DNA of 64,000 bases from an uncultured virus (IMG/VR IMGVR_UViG_3300031759_000004) (lineage: Duplodnaviria > Heunggongvirae > Uroviricota > Caudoviricetes), in IMG/VR virus record IMGVR_UViG_3300031759_000004, positions 1 through 64,000 of that record; one strand, written 5' to 3'. The notes below the pieces were generated by a model. That model saw only the letters and a program-made list of their open reading frames with translations, was not told the origin of the DNA and did not search any database. Both the position numbers and the translations under genes were made by a program. Below are positions 36,001 to 45,406 of the stretch, one piece after another (the first letter of the stretch is position 1; every line of letters starts with the position of its first letter).

Positions 36001-36448
36001 AGCCCTGGCCGTTTCTATGTTTGGCCGGGTGCGCCTGTTCGACGAGATTCGGGGCGAGGATCGCGAGGCCCGCAGCAAGGCCCTGCGCGCCGGATGCAAC
36101 CACCTGATTCAGTCTACGGCCTCGGACATGATGCTCACCGCCTTGTTCTGCATCGAGCAGCTGATGCGGGACGCCGGGCTGGAGTCGCTCCTGGTTTCCA
36201 CGGTCCACGACTCCCTACTGATCGACACGGTGCGGGCAGAGCTGCCCCAGGTTTACCAGATCGTGACGGACGTGCTGAACAACTTCCCGACCGTTTTCGA
36301 CCAGCTGTTTGGCTCGGAGTTCGACCAGTCGTGGATGATCCTGCCCTTCACCGGGGATGCGGAAATCGGCATCGACTACCTCAAGATGAAAAAGGTCCAG
36401 GGCGATAATCCGGATTGGGACAAGCTGCTGTCTCCGGCGGCGCATTGA
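33002..36448 (+). CDS. polA: Family A DNA polymerase with N-terminal uracil-DNA-glycosylase-like domain and 3'-5' exonuclease
   Basis: CxxCxLC and GEDDRG/HP UDG-like elements; YDTETTG, GHNITFD; DLSQIELR, RNIAKTCNFLTGYG, VHDS. Confidence 0.93.
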   Translation: MSREIEQQTDAVETKPERKPAKPRKLRIFRDLDGKPLYANDKGFASAKEYGLSKFDLDVLVYWHGEKRVELPGLKKSTQALLTQFDPDQPLPQLRLRPGPQSPICIHCDLCSQGCRHPFLPSSGTFKPLVTVIMDGVGFGEDDRGEIATSGAAKRLKEIIEDNVAKTGVRPEEVRWLAMTRCSNRGSKKINVKSRGQWCRYHVIDDLIRYRPQLIIPVGSNTLGLMSHKSNAQEWSGRLLTYRGWPDDFLTDPRYALPRPDPRDPAKTVVGHPIFGQIPDWRVPMVPIQHPKLVYKDQNPLLNKQYRNSIIRALTMAREGVEEPNYLRPWYRFTDDPAVVEAGLDEILKHPGMLVCYDTETTGLRPWETVWRKINVPDFALGAVPESRKMVLERGNARIVSMMFRWLDPETSEPRSLGFPWDTDRWEMHKHMDRLRKPLWKVLTQSTLIGHNITFDMLFSWATLNPEYTSGAKSGYGNRKINMERDRVMRALADACRYDTWHMAFAHKQERGSLGLEVLAYKEVPDLAGYEEDMTLMIDLHGEDMNPADGQGGHYLNCPKDKTDSHLVPYIMGDVEVAYRAYERLKEKLEISQRYEIPIADPEALGRFRYYQPQDRNWVYENIMSPAARVLMKMMARGLYIDQEALAEFSNIMPKQIAEERENLAKISEAIRTYCSDKRNDDPSWNLDLENKTQLKELLFDRLRLPVLRLTKQGRLYYATTYGTDNVDAIKQRMFNSHALSTVSPSERDHYVNQALVPYAAVDKFTLNKLTVQFEHLRPLRNYRKLFKLYSTYIRPLQNIKTEVDKKARKADAHLCFDGCIHASFLMTGTRGGRLSCKDPNLQQLPRDGVVKALFTSRFGARGCVFNADLSQIELRLLAAISGDPTMVKAYHDNVDLHTLTASRIFEMQYDEFSKEHMKKLQDSGKDDIAKELDTKRNIAKTCNFLTGYGGGAFGLQNVLAMKDIDKPLEECEQIIELFFDSYPSVRRLLSNYKSFIEKEALAVSMFGRVRLFDEIRGEDREARSKALRAGCNHLIQSTASDMMLTALFCIEQLMRDAGLESLLVSTVHDSLLIDTVRAELPQVYQIVTDVLNNFPTVFDQLFGSEFDQSWMILPFTGDAEIGIDYLKMKKVQGDNPDWDKLLSPAAH

Positions 36449-36466
36449 GGCTGTACTTATTGAAGC

Positions 36467-36727
36467 ATGAGAGCACGTGAACTATTTGAACGCCTTGGTC
36501 CAACCGAAGCCCCGCCCGCGCCGGTAAAAGCGCCGCCCAAAACGGCTCCCGGACCTGGCACGTCGCCCGGCACCGCGCCTGGGCGTCCCCAGCGTTTCCC
36601 TAACCCGTTTATCCGCCCTGGCAAGCCGGGCGTGCATCCGGGTCCGTTGCCGCGCCCCAAAGCGTGTGAACCGTGCGCGCCATGCCGCGCGTCGCGAGCC
36701 AAAGCAATGATTCAAGGACGGCAATGA
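36467..36727 (+). CDS. Small Pro-rich protein (RARELFE N-terminus)
   Basis: GTACTTA 7 nt upstream. Confidence 0.6.
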   Translation: MRARELFERLGPTEAPPAPVKAPPKTAPGPGTSPGTAPGRPQRFPNPFIRPGKPGVHPGPLPRPKACEPCAPCRASRAKAMIQGRQ

Positions 36728-38049
36728 AAAAGTCGCTGGCCAAGCTCGTTCTTACCGAGATGGCGATGGATTTGAACAACGCGCCGGACTTTATTGATCC
36801 GGCGAAGAAGCAGAAAATTGGACGGCGCGCCGATCCGCACAGCCAGAACGCGGCGTGGCCGCAGCAGAAACCGGCCCGGCGTCCCGGCGCGCCCTACCGG
36901 CCCGAGGAACCGGCCCAGCGCGTCGACCCCACCCAGAATTACGGAGAGCTGGTGGCGTCGCACGTGTACCCGGGCATCATGCAGAAAGTGCAGCAGTATA
37001 CCGGTCGCGATCCCCGCCGCACCCACCCGATGCAGCTGGCGGGTGAGATGCAGCAGGCCATTATGCAAGCCATGCGTATCGAAGCGCCGCATCGTCGACA
37101 GCTGGAGCAGGCCGCCGTTCGTGTGGTGCTTGGCTTGCCCGAATTCCGGGACGTGGCCGCCGCCCTTGAAAGCGGTGCGCTGCGCATTGAAGCCAGGCTG
37201 GTTGATCCGCCTGAGATGCGCAACGTGGGCCGCCGGGATGAACCGGAAGGTGAAGAGCCGGAAGAGAACGAGCGCGGCCAGGGAGCGCTGGGGCGAATGC
37301 AGGTAGACCCGCAGGAGCCGGACGAGGAAAAGGCCCAGGAGATGGGCTTGCAGGTCCCGGAAATTCGCCAGGAGCTGGACGTGGAGTCCGGCAAGCGCCA
37401 GTTCATCAACATGATGATCCAGGGCGCGGCGATCAATAAAAACTACGCGTACCACGAGATTGCCGACGAGCTGCGCGCCATTGATCCACAGATTTTGAAC
37501 ACCTACGGCAAGGCCGTGTCCATCGGCGAGTTGATGTACTGGGCCATGCCGGAGCCGACCTTGAACCAGATGATGGGTTCCGGCGAGGGCGCGGGCGGGA
37601 TGGAGGAAATTGAGCAAGACCCTGGCGACGGAGCCTGGGTGGTCAAGGCGTACGCCATCTGCTTCCCGATTCTGATCCAGGAGATCGTGAAGGGCCTATA
37701 CGAGTTTCTGGCCCACAACGAGGACGACCCGAACGAAACCCGGGAGTACGCCTACAACAAATCTGACACCTTGGGCAACGAGCAGTGGGACATCATGCAA
37801 GGTCCCGGCGTCTGGCGGCACCTGAATCACATCGTCAACCAGGCCGACGGCAGCGAGTTCATGACGCGCATTTTCCGGCACCTGGTTACCTTGCCCTCCG
37901 GCGAGTTCAACCAGCGCATGCAGGAAATTTTGAGCGAAAGCCCCGAGGGTCGTCAGTACATCGCGGAGCTGGTGCGCGCCATGCGCGACGAGCAAGCCGG
38001 TCAGCAACAGGAAAGCCTGGCGCGGCGGCTCATTCGGCCCCGCCGTTAG
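36724..38049 (+). CDS. Hypothetical protein (possible head-internal protein)
   Basis: Start MKKSLAKLVLTE; C-terminal QESLARRL. Confidence 0.8.
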   Translation: MKKSLAKLVLTEMAMDLNNAPDFIDPAKKQKIGRRADPHSQNAAWPQQKPARRPGAPYRPEEPAQRVDPTQNYGELVASHVYPGIMQKVQQYTGRDPRRTHPMQLAGEMQQAIMQAMRIEAPHRRQLEQAAVRVVLGLPEFRDVAAALESGALRIEARLVDPPEMRNVGRRDEPEGEEPEENERGQGALGRMQVDPQEPDEEKAQEMGLQVPEIRQELDVESGKRQFINMMIQGAAINKNYAYHEIADELRAIDPQILNTYGKAVSIGELMYWAMPEPTLNQMMGSGEGAGGMEEIEQDPGDGAWVVKAYAICFPILIQEIVKGLYEFLAHNEDDPNETREYAYNKSDTLGNEQWDIMQGPGVWRHLNHIVNQADGSEFMTRIFRHLVTLPSGEFNQRMQEILSESPEGRQYIAELVRAMRDEQAGQQQESLARRLIRPRR

Positions 38050-38302
38050 GCAGGTACGTCTTCGTCCGGCAGCGCGGACATTCGTAGACGACCAGGGAAA
38101 CCTGGTCCGTGGCCAGGGCGCTGACGGGATCAGCCCGCAGTGGCTGGGCGCACCCGGCGCAAAACGGGCCGACTTCCGGTCGGCTGACCGACCCTCTTCC
38201 CAGCATCACCACCACCAGTGCAAGCATGGCCAGCAGCAGCGTGGGTATCAGCAGGCAGATCGCGGCCAGCAGCGCGTAGTGTTCGATTTGTTGTTCGAGC
38301 AT
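38030..38302 (-). CDS. Membrane-anchored Zn-ribbon protein
   Basis: N-terminal hydrophobic helix, CAGC...CPRC. Confidence 0.6.
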   Translation of the reverse strand: MLEQQIEHYALLAAICLLIPTLLLAMLALVVVMLGRGSVSRPEVGPFCAGCAQPLRADPVSALATDQVSLVVYECPRCRTKTYLPNGGAE

Positions 38303-38474
38303 AAAATTTAATGTTTACTTTGGGGCGGAGCTGCGCTATGCTGCGCCGCTAGATTGAGAACTGAAAAGTGATGATGGCTGCAATTAAGTCCTTTAGTTCT
38401 TAAGCTTTAATTGAAAATTGTGTTGCCTTGTTTTTGTAAACGTATACATTTAACCGTACCGATGCCAACAACCT

Positions 38475-40493
38475 ATGGATGCTAATCTACGCGTGCGCCA
38501 GCTGCGCGAACTATTGCACTCAGCCAGTTACGCCTACTATGTTCGGGCCGATTCCGCCTTCACGGATGCCGACTACGACCGCCTGTATCAGGAGCTGGTC
38601 GCCCTCGAAACACGTTACCCGGAATTGATCGACCCAGATTCCCCGACCCAGCGGATCGGCGCGCCGGTGACGGACGCGGCCCCGGTCCGGCATTCCGTGC
38701 GCATGCTCTCCCTGGAGAACACGTTCACTGCCGCCGAGCTGCTGGCGTACCTCGGCACCGGCACCACCGTCTGCTTGGAACCAAAGATTGATGGTTGTTC
38801 GTTGAAGCTGTTTTACCGCAAGGGCCGGTTCGTCCAGGCGATCACCCGGGGCGACGGCAACGAGGGCGAGGACGTTACCACGGCAGCCAAGACCATCAAG
38901 ACGATACCGCTGCGGTTGACGGAGCCGTTGGACCTGACGGTGGTCGGAGAAGTCTACATGCGCTACACGGTGTTCAACGAGTTGAATGCCCAGCTGGAAG
39001 CCCAGGGCGAGCCGCTGTTCGCCAACCCCCGTAACGCCGCCACCGGCTCGCTCAAGTTGAAGCAACCCAAGGAGGTGGCCGCGCGTAAACTAAGCTTCGT
39101 GGCCTACGGGCTGATCACCGAATTGACCGGCGTGACCAGCCAGACGCTGGTCACCGACAAACTGGCGCTGCTAGGTTTCCAGAACGTGCGGTGGCTGCCC
39201 AAGACCGGCACCGACCTGTGCGTGTCGAGTCGCCTTACGTTCACCACGGTGGAGGCCCTGGAGAGACAAATCGCGGCGGCAGATGACGCCCGCAAATTCC
39301 TGGACCTGCCTACCGACGGCCTGGTGTTCAAGGTGGACAGCCTGGTCAAGCAGCGTGAACTGGGCGAGGGCACGAAGTACCCCAAGTACGCCTGCTGTTT
39401 CAAGTTCCCGCCGGAGCGTAAAGCCACCGAGCTGCTGGAGATCACGCTACAGGTGGGCCGCAGCGGCAAGATCACGCCGGTGGCGGAACTCAAGCCGGTG
39501 TACTTGAGCGGCACCATCGTGCGCCGGGCTTCCTTGTGCAACGCCGACGAGATCGCGCGTCTGGGCCTTGGCATTGGCGACGACGTGCTGGTGGAAAAGT
39601 CAGCGGAGATCATTCCCAAGGTGATGGGCGTGGCCAAAAAGAAAGTGCCGGGCGTCTATCACCTGCCCATGTCCTGCCCGTGCTGCAAGGCCAAACTGTA
39701 TCGGCCTAAAGACTACGTTGACTGGTACTGCCCCAACCAGGACTGCGCTGACCAGGTGCTGGCCAGGCTGAAGCACGCGTGCGGCAAGTCCGCCCTGGAC
39801 ATCGACGGCTGCGGCGAGGCTTTGATCATGGAGCTGATGCGCCATGGTGTGCGCAGCCTGTACGATCTGCTGACAGTGGAGCACCTGGACTACCTCAAGC
39901 CAGCGGCCCGCCAGAAGTTGATTACAGGCCGGGAGAAGGCCAAGCAGGCTCCGTACTGGCGCAAGCTACACGCCCTGGGCGTGGATGGCCTGGGCGTCAA
40001 TTACTGCCAGGACATTGCGGCCCGCTGGTCGTGCCTGGGCGAGGCCGTGGAGACCGCGTACTGGACTCCGGACGACTTGGCGATGCGCAACGCGGAAGGT
40101 GCAGACACGACTACCCTGCAAGCCTTGATCGGGGAGTCTTGTACCCGCGAGCTGGTTAACTGGCTGGAGCAGCATTTCGCTGAAGTGGAGCAGCTCTCCG
40201 CCATTGGATTTGAAATGCGGCGCGTCGGCGGGAGTGCCGGGGTGCTGTCAGGCAAAGTTTTCTGTATCACCGGCGCACACTCGGTTCCTCGGGAAAAACT
40301 CCAGGACCTGATTGTCGCTGCCGGTGGCACAGTAAAGGGAAGCGTGACCAAGGCCGTGACCTACCTAGTGGCCGGGTCAGACGCAGGAGCAACTAAAACC
40401 GAGGCTGCCCGTAAACGCGGCGTCAACGTCATCGACGAAGATCAGCTCTACGAGATGATGGGTGAAGCGCGGGTGGCCGCAACCACAGAATAG
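38475..40493 (+). CDS. ligA: NAD-dependent DNA ligase
   Basis: YY...D.DYD, EPKIDG, TRGDG, DGLVFK, Zn finger, C-terminal BRCT. Confidence 0.95.
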   Translation: MDANLRVRQLRELLHSASYAYYVRADSAFTDADYDRLYQELVALETRYPELIDPDSPTQRIGAPVTDAAPVRHSVRMLSLENTFTAAELLAYLGTGTTVCLEPKIDGCSLKLFYRKGRFVQAITRGDGNEGEDVTTAAKTIKTIPLRLTEPLDLTVVGEVYMRYTVFNELNAQLEAQGEPLFANPRNAATGSLKLKQPKEVAARKLSFVAYGLITELTGVTSQTLVTDKLALLGFQNVRWLPKTGTDLCVSSRLTFTTVEALERQIAAADDARKFLDLPTDGLVFKVDSLVKQRELGEGTKYPKYACCFKFPPERKATELLEITLQVGRSGKITPVAELKPVYLSGTIVRRASLCNADEIARLGLGIGDDVLVEKSAEIIPKVMGVAKKKVPGVYHLPMSCPCCKAKLYRPKDYVDWYCPNQDCADQVLARLKHACGKSALDIDGCGEALIMELMRHGVRSLYDLLTVEHLDYLKPAARQKLITGREKAKQAPYWRKLHALGVDGLGVNYCQDIAARWSCLGEAVETAYWTPDDLAMRNAEGADTTTLQALIGESCTRELVNWLEQHFAEVEQLSAIGFEMRRVGGSAGVLSGKVFCITGAHSVPREKLQDLIVAAGGTVKGSVTKAVTYLVAGSDAGATKTEAARKRGVNVIDEDQLYEMMGEARVAATTE

Positions 40494-40495
40494 AC

Positions 40496-41044
40496 ATGAA
40501 GACATCATTACGTACCTCAAAATGTCGCCAGTGCGACAAAACATTCACCAAGGAAACTGAGCTGAGCGCCGAGCAGGCGCTCCGGATGCACACCCTGCGG
40601 GCGCATCCAGCGCTCACGAAAACACGCAACGGCTACGGCACGGGCTACGACCCGGCAGTGCTGCTGGGACGGCGCAAGCGCAAGCGCGTGCGCATTACCC
40701 CGGAACAGCGCCAGGCGGCCCTGGCGTTTATCGTCAAGCACCACGAGGAGTATCCGACCCAGGCTGCCTGCGTGGAGGCCGCGTTCGACGCCACCGGCAT
40801 CGAGGCGCTGGCTTCCAACAGCACGTCCAGCAAGTTTTACAATGAGGCCAAAGCCCTGGACTCCAAGCCGGAAAAACCGGCCAAGCCCGAAGCGCCCGCA
40901 CCCATCACCCTGAAAATGGCTTTCTGTCCGGACTGCGGCTGTGACTTGCGCGCCGCGATGTTCGGGCGCGAAATTGGCACCTTGATCCTGCAAGGCCATG
41001 ATGTCCGTGTAGACGGAAGAAAGGTGACCTATGTCAAGGAGTAG
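40496..41044 (+). CDS. Zn-finger protein
   Basis: CRQC...H...H and FCPDCG. Confidence 0.65.
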   Translation: MKTSLRTSKCRQCDKTFTKETELSAEQALRMHTLRAHPALTKTRNGYGTGYDPAVLLGRRKRKRVRITPEQRQAALAFIVKHHEEYPTQAACVEAAFDATGIEALASNSTSSKFYNEAKALDSKPEKPAKPEAPAPITLKMAFCPDCGCDLRAAMFGREIGTLILQGHDVRVDGRKVTYVKE

Positions 41045-41366
41045 CAAAAACGGCGTCAAGACGCACCGGCACTGGCTGGTCTTTTCGGCGGACAGTCAGG
41101 AAACGCAGGTGGCCGTCTGGGCGCAGTGCGGCCTGTCCACGCGCGCGATTGCCAGCAAGGCCAACATCACGGTGGCCCAGGCGCAGTACCGCATCTCCAA
41201 GGCGCAGCGGGCCGTGGGCGCGAAGTTCCGGGCGGACTACCGCAACGGCTCAGAGCTAGCCTACGCGGCTGCCGATTTCCTGGCCCCGCGTCTGCGGAAG
41301 GTGATCATGGACACGGTGGCACCTAAGTTCATGCCGCTGGCCGCCGAGGGCGTACTTAAGAAGTGA
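41031..41366 (+). CDS. Putative helix-turn-helix DNA-binding protein
   Basis: GLSTRAIASKANITVAQAQYRI. Confidence 0.65.
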   Translation: MSRSSKNGVKTHRHWLVFSADSQETQVAVWAQCGLSTRAIASKANITVAQAQYRISKAQRAVGAKFRADYRNGSELAYAAADFLAPRLRKVIMDTVAPKFMPLAAEGVLKK

Positions 41367-41641
41367 CGAGCAGGGCTAAGCGGCTAATCCAAGATTCCGA
41401 TGACATTGACCTTGAGCTGGCGCAAAGCCAGCTCAAGGACTTGGCCCGCCTGGTGATCGTCAGCGAGCGCCATCCCTGGGCGAGCCATTCAGAACGACTG
41501 TACTGGTCCAACGAGTACGGCTGGGTGGACAACCTGGAGTCAGCTGACCGGTTTTTGCCCAACGAACTTACTTCGATGCCGCACGAGGCCACCGGACTGT
41601 TGAATCCCTACACCGGCGAGCTAAGCTGGTTTCAAGAATGA
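41363..41641 (+). CDS. Tagged hypothetical protein (RAKRLIQDSDDID)
   Basis: GTACTTA 4 nt upstream; YWSNEYGWV. Confidence 0.65.
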   Translation: MTSRAKRLIQDSDDIDLELAQSQLKDLARLVIVSERHPWASHSERLYWSNEYGWVDNLESADRFLPNELTSMPHEATGLLNPYTGELSWFQE

Positions 41642-42522
41642 AAACCATCTGTTCCATCGACGGCGGCGGCATGCGGGGCTACGTGCCGTGCTCGGTACTG
41701 GCCGACCTGGAATTGCAAACCGGCAAAGCCTGCACCGAAATCTTCGACATGTTCGCAGGCACGTCCATCGGCGGCATCCTGGCCTGCCTGCTGGCCAGCG
41801 GTAAAACGGCGCACACCGCGATGGGATTTTTCACGTACGACGGCCCGATCATTTTTGGGCGTCGGCAGTTTTTGGGCTGGAGGGGAATCTTGCGCCCGCG
41901 CTATTCCGGAGCCGTCATTGAACGGCAGCTGCGCGCCCGTCTGGGCGAGGTAACCCTGTCCCAGTGTAAGAAAAGCCTGCTGGTGCCTGCCTTCGACATG
42001 AACGCGTATGCGCCGTATTTTTTTAAGTCGCCCGCCAATCAGCACGAAGACTACAAGCTCTGGCAGGTGAGCCGGGCCAGTAGCGCCGCCCAGTCGTACT
42101 TCCCGGCCTACGAAATCGGCAACCGGGTGTTCTGGGACGGCGGCAATGTCGCCAATAATCCGACGCTGTGCGCCGTGGCGGAAGCGGTCAGGCTGTGGCC
42201 TGGCGAGCCGCTGCGCATTTTATCCCTGTCCTGCGGCGAGAGCAGCAGTTGCTACGCGGCCAAGCGCCTGGTGAGCGCCAACATTTTCAAGGTGGCCGTG
42301 GAGACCTTCAACCTCACGTTCGCCGCCAATGACGAGCTGCCGGACTACATTCTGCGCCAGGTGCTGCCGGGAGGCTACTTTCGGGTAGCGCCGACGGACA
42401 CGACGGACATTGCGCTGGATGGCGTGGCCGCTGAGGACCTGCGGCGACTGTACACGGCGGCCACCCGGTGTCAGCTGGATTCTCAGGAAACCCTGAAGGC
42501 GTTCATCAACTACCGTGATTGA
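41638..42522 (+). CDS. Patatin-like phospholipase
   Basis: DGGGMRG, GTSIG, ASSAA, DGG...NNP. Confidence 0.92.
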   Translation: MKTICSIDGGGMRGYVPCSVLADLELQTGKACTEIFDMFAGTSIGGILACLLASGKTAHTAMGFFTYDGPIIFGRRQFLGWRGILRPRYSGAVIERQLRARLGEVTLSQCKKSLLVPAFDMNAYAPYFFKSPANQHEDYKLWQVSRASSAAQSYFPAYEIGNRVFWDGGNVANNPTLCAVAEAVRLWPGEPLRILSLSCGESSSCYAAKRLVSANIFKVAVETFNLTFAANDELPDYILRQVLPGGYFRVAPTDTTDIALDGVAAEDLRRLYTAATRCQLDSQETLKAFINYRD

Positions 42523-42561
42523 CGACGACAACCAGGACGTCTTCTACAACGAAGGCTTCTA

Positions 42562-42798
42562 TCACTGACGTGGTTTGGGGAAGGGCGCGTCGTCCTTGCG
42601 CGTCGGGGCTTCGGGTTTGAGTTCACGGTCGGAGTCCATGTGGCACTCGTCCAAAGCCCGGGTCAGCGCGACCGTCAGGTAGTACGTGGCGCGCGTGCTC
42701 GGCTCAAAGAAAACATTGGGCCGGTCAGGGTGGGGTTCCCAGCCGCGCTGTTGCAGCCACTTGGCTTGTTGCTCTTTTGGCAGTTTAAGGATGTCCAT
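42562..42798 (-). CDS. Hypothetical protein
   Basis: GTTCT 7 nt upstream. Confidence 0.6.
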   Translation of the reverse strand: MDILKLPKEQQAKWLQQRGWEPHPDRPNVFFEPSTRATYYLTVALTRALDECHMDSDRELKPEAPTRKDDAPFPKPRQ

Positions 42799-42813
42799 GC
42801 GGTATAGAACTGC

Positions 42814-43275
42814 TTACGCGTCCATGACGACCTCGCCGGTAACCACCGTGTCCAGGCAACCTTCCGGGTAAATGAACGCCACCAGCGCCCCGCTGCTCAG
42901 CGCCCGGCCCAGCGCCCGGCTGGTCTTGACCTCGCCGGAAGGCTGGCACATCCAGCGCACCTGGCGGCTGCGCACGTTTAAGCCGCTGTCCTTCGTTTCC
43001 TTGATTTTGTTCCAAAAGGCGGTGACATGCGCGAGGTCTTCCGGCAGCCAGATGTCGGACCACTTGCCCGCTTTGATCTGCTCCATAGTCAAGCCGTGCC
43101 AGTGCGTATACGCCCGGTTGACGAAAATGATGACTTCGGCGTCGGCGTCCCGGATGACTACCGGGACCGGGCAGGCTTGCAGGGCGTCCTCCATGTCGTT
43201 GAGCCGCTGCCGATACGTCTCCAGCTTCGTAGCGATACGCTCGGCCAGGGTTGTGGGATCACGCAGCACAGGCAT
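42814..43275 (-). CDS. Stand-alone PAS-domain protein
   Basis: PVPVVIRD...IIFVNRAY...G...W...LPED. Confidence 0.75.
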   Translation of the reverse strand: MPVLRDPTTLAERIATKLETYRQRLNDMEDALQACPVPVVIRDADAEVIIFVNRAYTHWHGLTMEQIKAGKWSDIWLPEDLAHVTAFWNKIKETKDSGLNVRSRQVRWMCQPSGEVKTSRALGRALSSGALVAFIYPEGCLDTVVTGEVVMDA

Positions 43276-43384
43276 TGGTTTTGGCTAAGGGATAGCGCCA
43301 ACGCGGCGTGGACCGTGCCGGTCAGCCGGGTGAGCGGGGCCAGGGACGGTCAAGGTTGAGGTTCTTAAGCGCATAGCCGTAAAA

Positions 43385-44599
43385 TCACTTGAACCCTCCG
43401 CCGTATCCCGCACAATTCGTAATCTCACTGGCCGCCAACGCCCGGTTGTAGAACCGCAACTCCTCCATTGTGCCGACCCAGGTCCGAGGGTAGCTGACAT
43501 TGATAAAGATTTGCGGGTCAGACCCCACGTACCAAGGAGTGCCTGCGTCATAAACCATTGAAGCCGCGTTGGTCACAATCCCCTGAAGTGACCCGTTAAC
43601 GTATAGCCTGAACGCAGTTCCGTCGTAGGTGTACGCCACGTTGTAGGCAGCTCCAGGTGGAAACAAGTTAGAAGAGGTAATGCCCGCCCCGGTCCCGGTG
43701 TTGGCGATAAACCGGTTGTCCGGGCTTTGTTTCCAGCTCACGCCGTAGCTATGGCTGCCGCCCTCGTCGTAAAGATGGCCAAAAAGAACCATGCCGCCAC
43801 CGTCATTTTGCGGGGGAGGTCCCACGGGATAGCACCACGCCATCCAAGTGAAGTTTGTGGTGTCCAGGCTTGCAGAGTTGGTGAGGAAAATAAATCCGGT
43901 AGAGGCCACGCTGTACGTAACTGCGCCGTTGAACAGGCCGTTGGTGAAGGTGATAGCGTTCGTAGCCGTTGTCTGGTTGGTGCCCACCAGGTCGTATACG
44001 TTGGTGTTCAACTGATAGTAGCTTACCAATCCGTTAGTCGGATAAATTCCATCGTTGGGAGAGTAGTAGCGAACTCTTTTTTGTGTCGCTAGCAGGTCTC
44101 GTTCAATCATTGAAGGCAGCTGGGTGGCGCTGGACGCTACATTTGTCGGATAGTCCCGAATAAGGAGAACCGGCGTGGGAACGGCATTTGACCACTGCGG
44201 CTGTTGCACTATCATGCTGCCATAAATAGCGTTGGTAACGTACGGAGGTGGGACGTTTGAGACGCTGAGAGTGCCCCAGTTGGTCTTTGAAATGTAGTAG
44301 CTATAGTTGTAGTTGAACCACATGTACTGCTGCGCAAATCCGGTCCACAACTGCGTGCTGGCATGTCCGTACATATCCATTGCGGTCCACCCTGAATCGT
44401 AGTAGGTGGAACTGGATTGAGGAATTTCAAGCTCGTACCAAGTATAACCAATGTTATCTGAATTAAACGTATAGCGATAAGTTATCTCGATGCCGAAAGG
44501 GTACGGATTGGTTATGGTGTAGTACCAACTCGCGTACTGCCCGTAAGCTATGCCAGCCCACACGCAAATCAGACTTAGAAGTAGGGATAGCTTTCTCAT
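43385..44599 (-). CDS. Exported protein with a C-terminal LamG/concanavalin-A-like domain
   Basis: Signal peptide; GLVSYY, FTWMAW, TYDG...LYVNG, G.MEELRFYNRAL. Confidence 0.85.
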   Translation of the reverse strand: MRKLSLLLSLICVWAGIAYGQYASWYYTITNPYPFGIEITYRYTFNSDNIGYTWYELEIPQSSSTYYDSGWTAMDMYGHASTQLWTGFAQQYMWFNYNYSYYISKTNWGTLSVSNVPPPYVTNAIYGSMIVQQPQWSNAVPTPVLLIRDYPTNVASSATQLPSMIERDLLATQKRVRYYSPNDGIYPTNGLVSYYQLNTNVYDLVGTNQTTATNAITFTNGLFNGAVTYSVASTGFIFLTNSASLDTTNFTWMAWCYPVGPPPQNDGGGMVLFGHLYDEGGSHSYGVSWKQSPDNRFIANTGTGAGITSSNLFPPGAAYNVAYTYDGTAFRLYVNGSLQGIVTNAASMVYDAGTPWYVGSDPQIFINVSYPRTWVGTMEELRFYNRALAASEITNCAGYGGGFK

Positions 44600-45396
44600 T
44601 GCAGTTGGTAAACCTTGGCGGCGGTTGTCAGGTAGGCAACCTTGTCAAACACGAACACACTCCAGTTCGTGCTGGTATACGAGAAGGCAGCTACGGAAAA
44701 AAGATTGGTGTTGAGGTTCGCCGTGTTCCACGTCAACGTATAGCTGCCGGGCCAAATTTCAAGCCGCACAAAAGCGCCATTGCCGTTCCACCCCGCCCCA
44801 CCGACGTTAGTCCAGGTGAGCGTGGTGTTGTTGGTCAAAATGACTGCCTGATAATTTCCATTCGCCGGATCAATTATCATATTGGTGTTTGGGCTGACTT
44901 GGTATGGGCTATAAAATGCGCTCTGGGTTGTGTTGGTGACTGTCCCGCCGCTTGTCTGCGGTACCCATGCGCGGTCGAGGCCGGTGGTGTCGGTCGCCGA
45001 CAGGACGTAACCGGCGGCAGGGGTGTTGGTCGCCAGCGCCATGTTGTTCGAGGTTCCCGTCAGCGAGGACGCCGGTACGTTTGTCAGACCCGCACCGTTG
45101 CCCTGGAAGTAGCCGTTGACGTACGTGCCGTTGGTCTGGGTGGTGTTGTTAAGCCCGGACATGCCCACCAGGCTCGGCAGGTTGTAGGTCCAGGTCCACG
45201 CCGCCAGACTGGCTGCCGAAATTTGCTTGTTCGTGGTGCTGGTGCCGAACAAAAACGTGTCCGAGTTGGCCGGGACGCCCACCGGATAGTTCGTCCAGTT
45301 GATCGCGGAGACGGGCGCGGCGGGGAGCAGCGCCAACAGCGCCAACAGCCGACCGGTGCCTACAAGATATGCCGTATTTTTCATTTTCATTTTCAT
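44596..45396 (-). CDS. Exported Thr/Asn-rich fibre-like protein
   Basis: Signal peptide LLALLALLPAAPVSA; FQGNGAGLTNVP; many TN dipeptides. Confidence 0.75.
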   Translation of the reverse strand: MKMKMKNTAYLVGTGRLLALLALLPAAPVSAINWTNYPVGVPANSDTFLFGTSTTNKQISAASLAAWTWTYNLPSLVGMSGLNNTTQTNGTYVNGYFQGNGAGLTNVPASSLTGTSNNMALATNTPAAGYVLSATDTTGLDRAWVPQTSGGTVTNTTQSAFYSPYQVSPNTNMIIDPANGNYQAVILTNNTTLTWTNVGGAGWNGNGAFVRLEIWPGSYTLTWNTANLNTNLFSVAAFSYTSTNWSVFVFDKVAYLTTAAKVYQLQ

Positions 45397-45406
45397 GGTA
45401 AATTGT

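Noticed and set aside
33005..36208. Long antisense ORFs opposite real genes (e.g. 1067 aa opposite the polymerase, 585 aa opposite ro60)
   Set aside because: Expected from high-GC codon bias; no recognisable motifs
23868..40493. Inteins or introns in the replication genes
   Set aside because: No intein splice motifs or LAGLIDADG inserts seen; catalytic motifs are colinear
41638..42522. Patatin as part of a CBASS operon
   Set aside because: No nucleotide cyclase or Cap genes nearby
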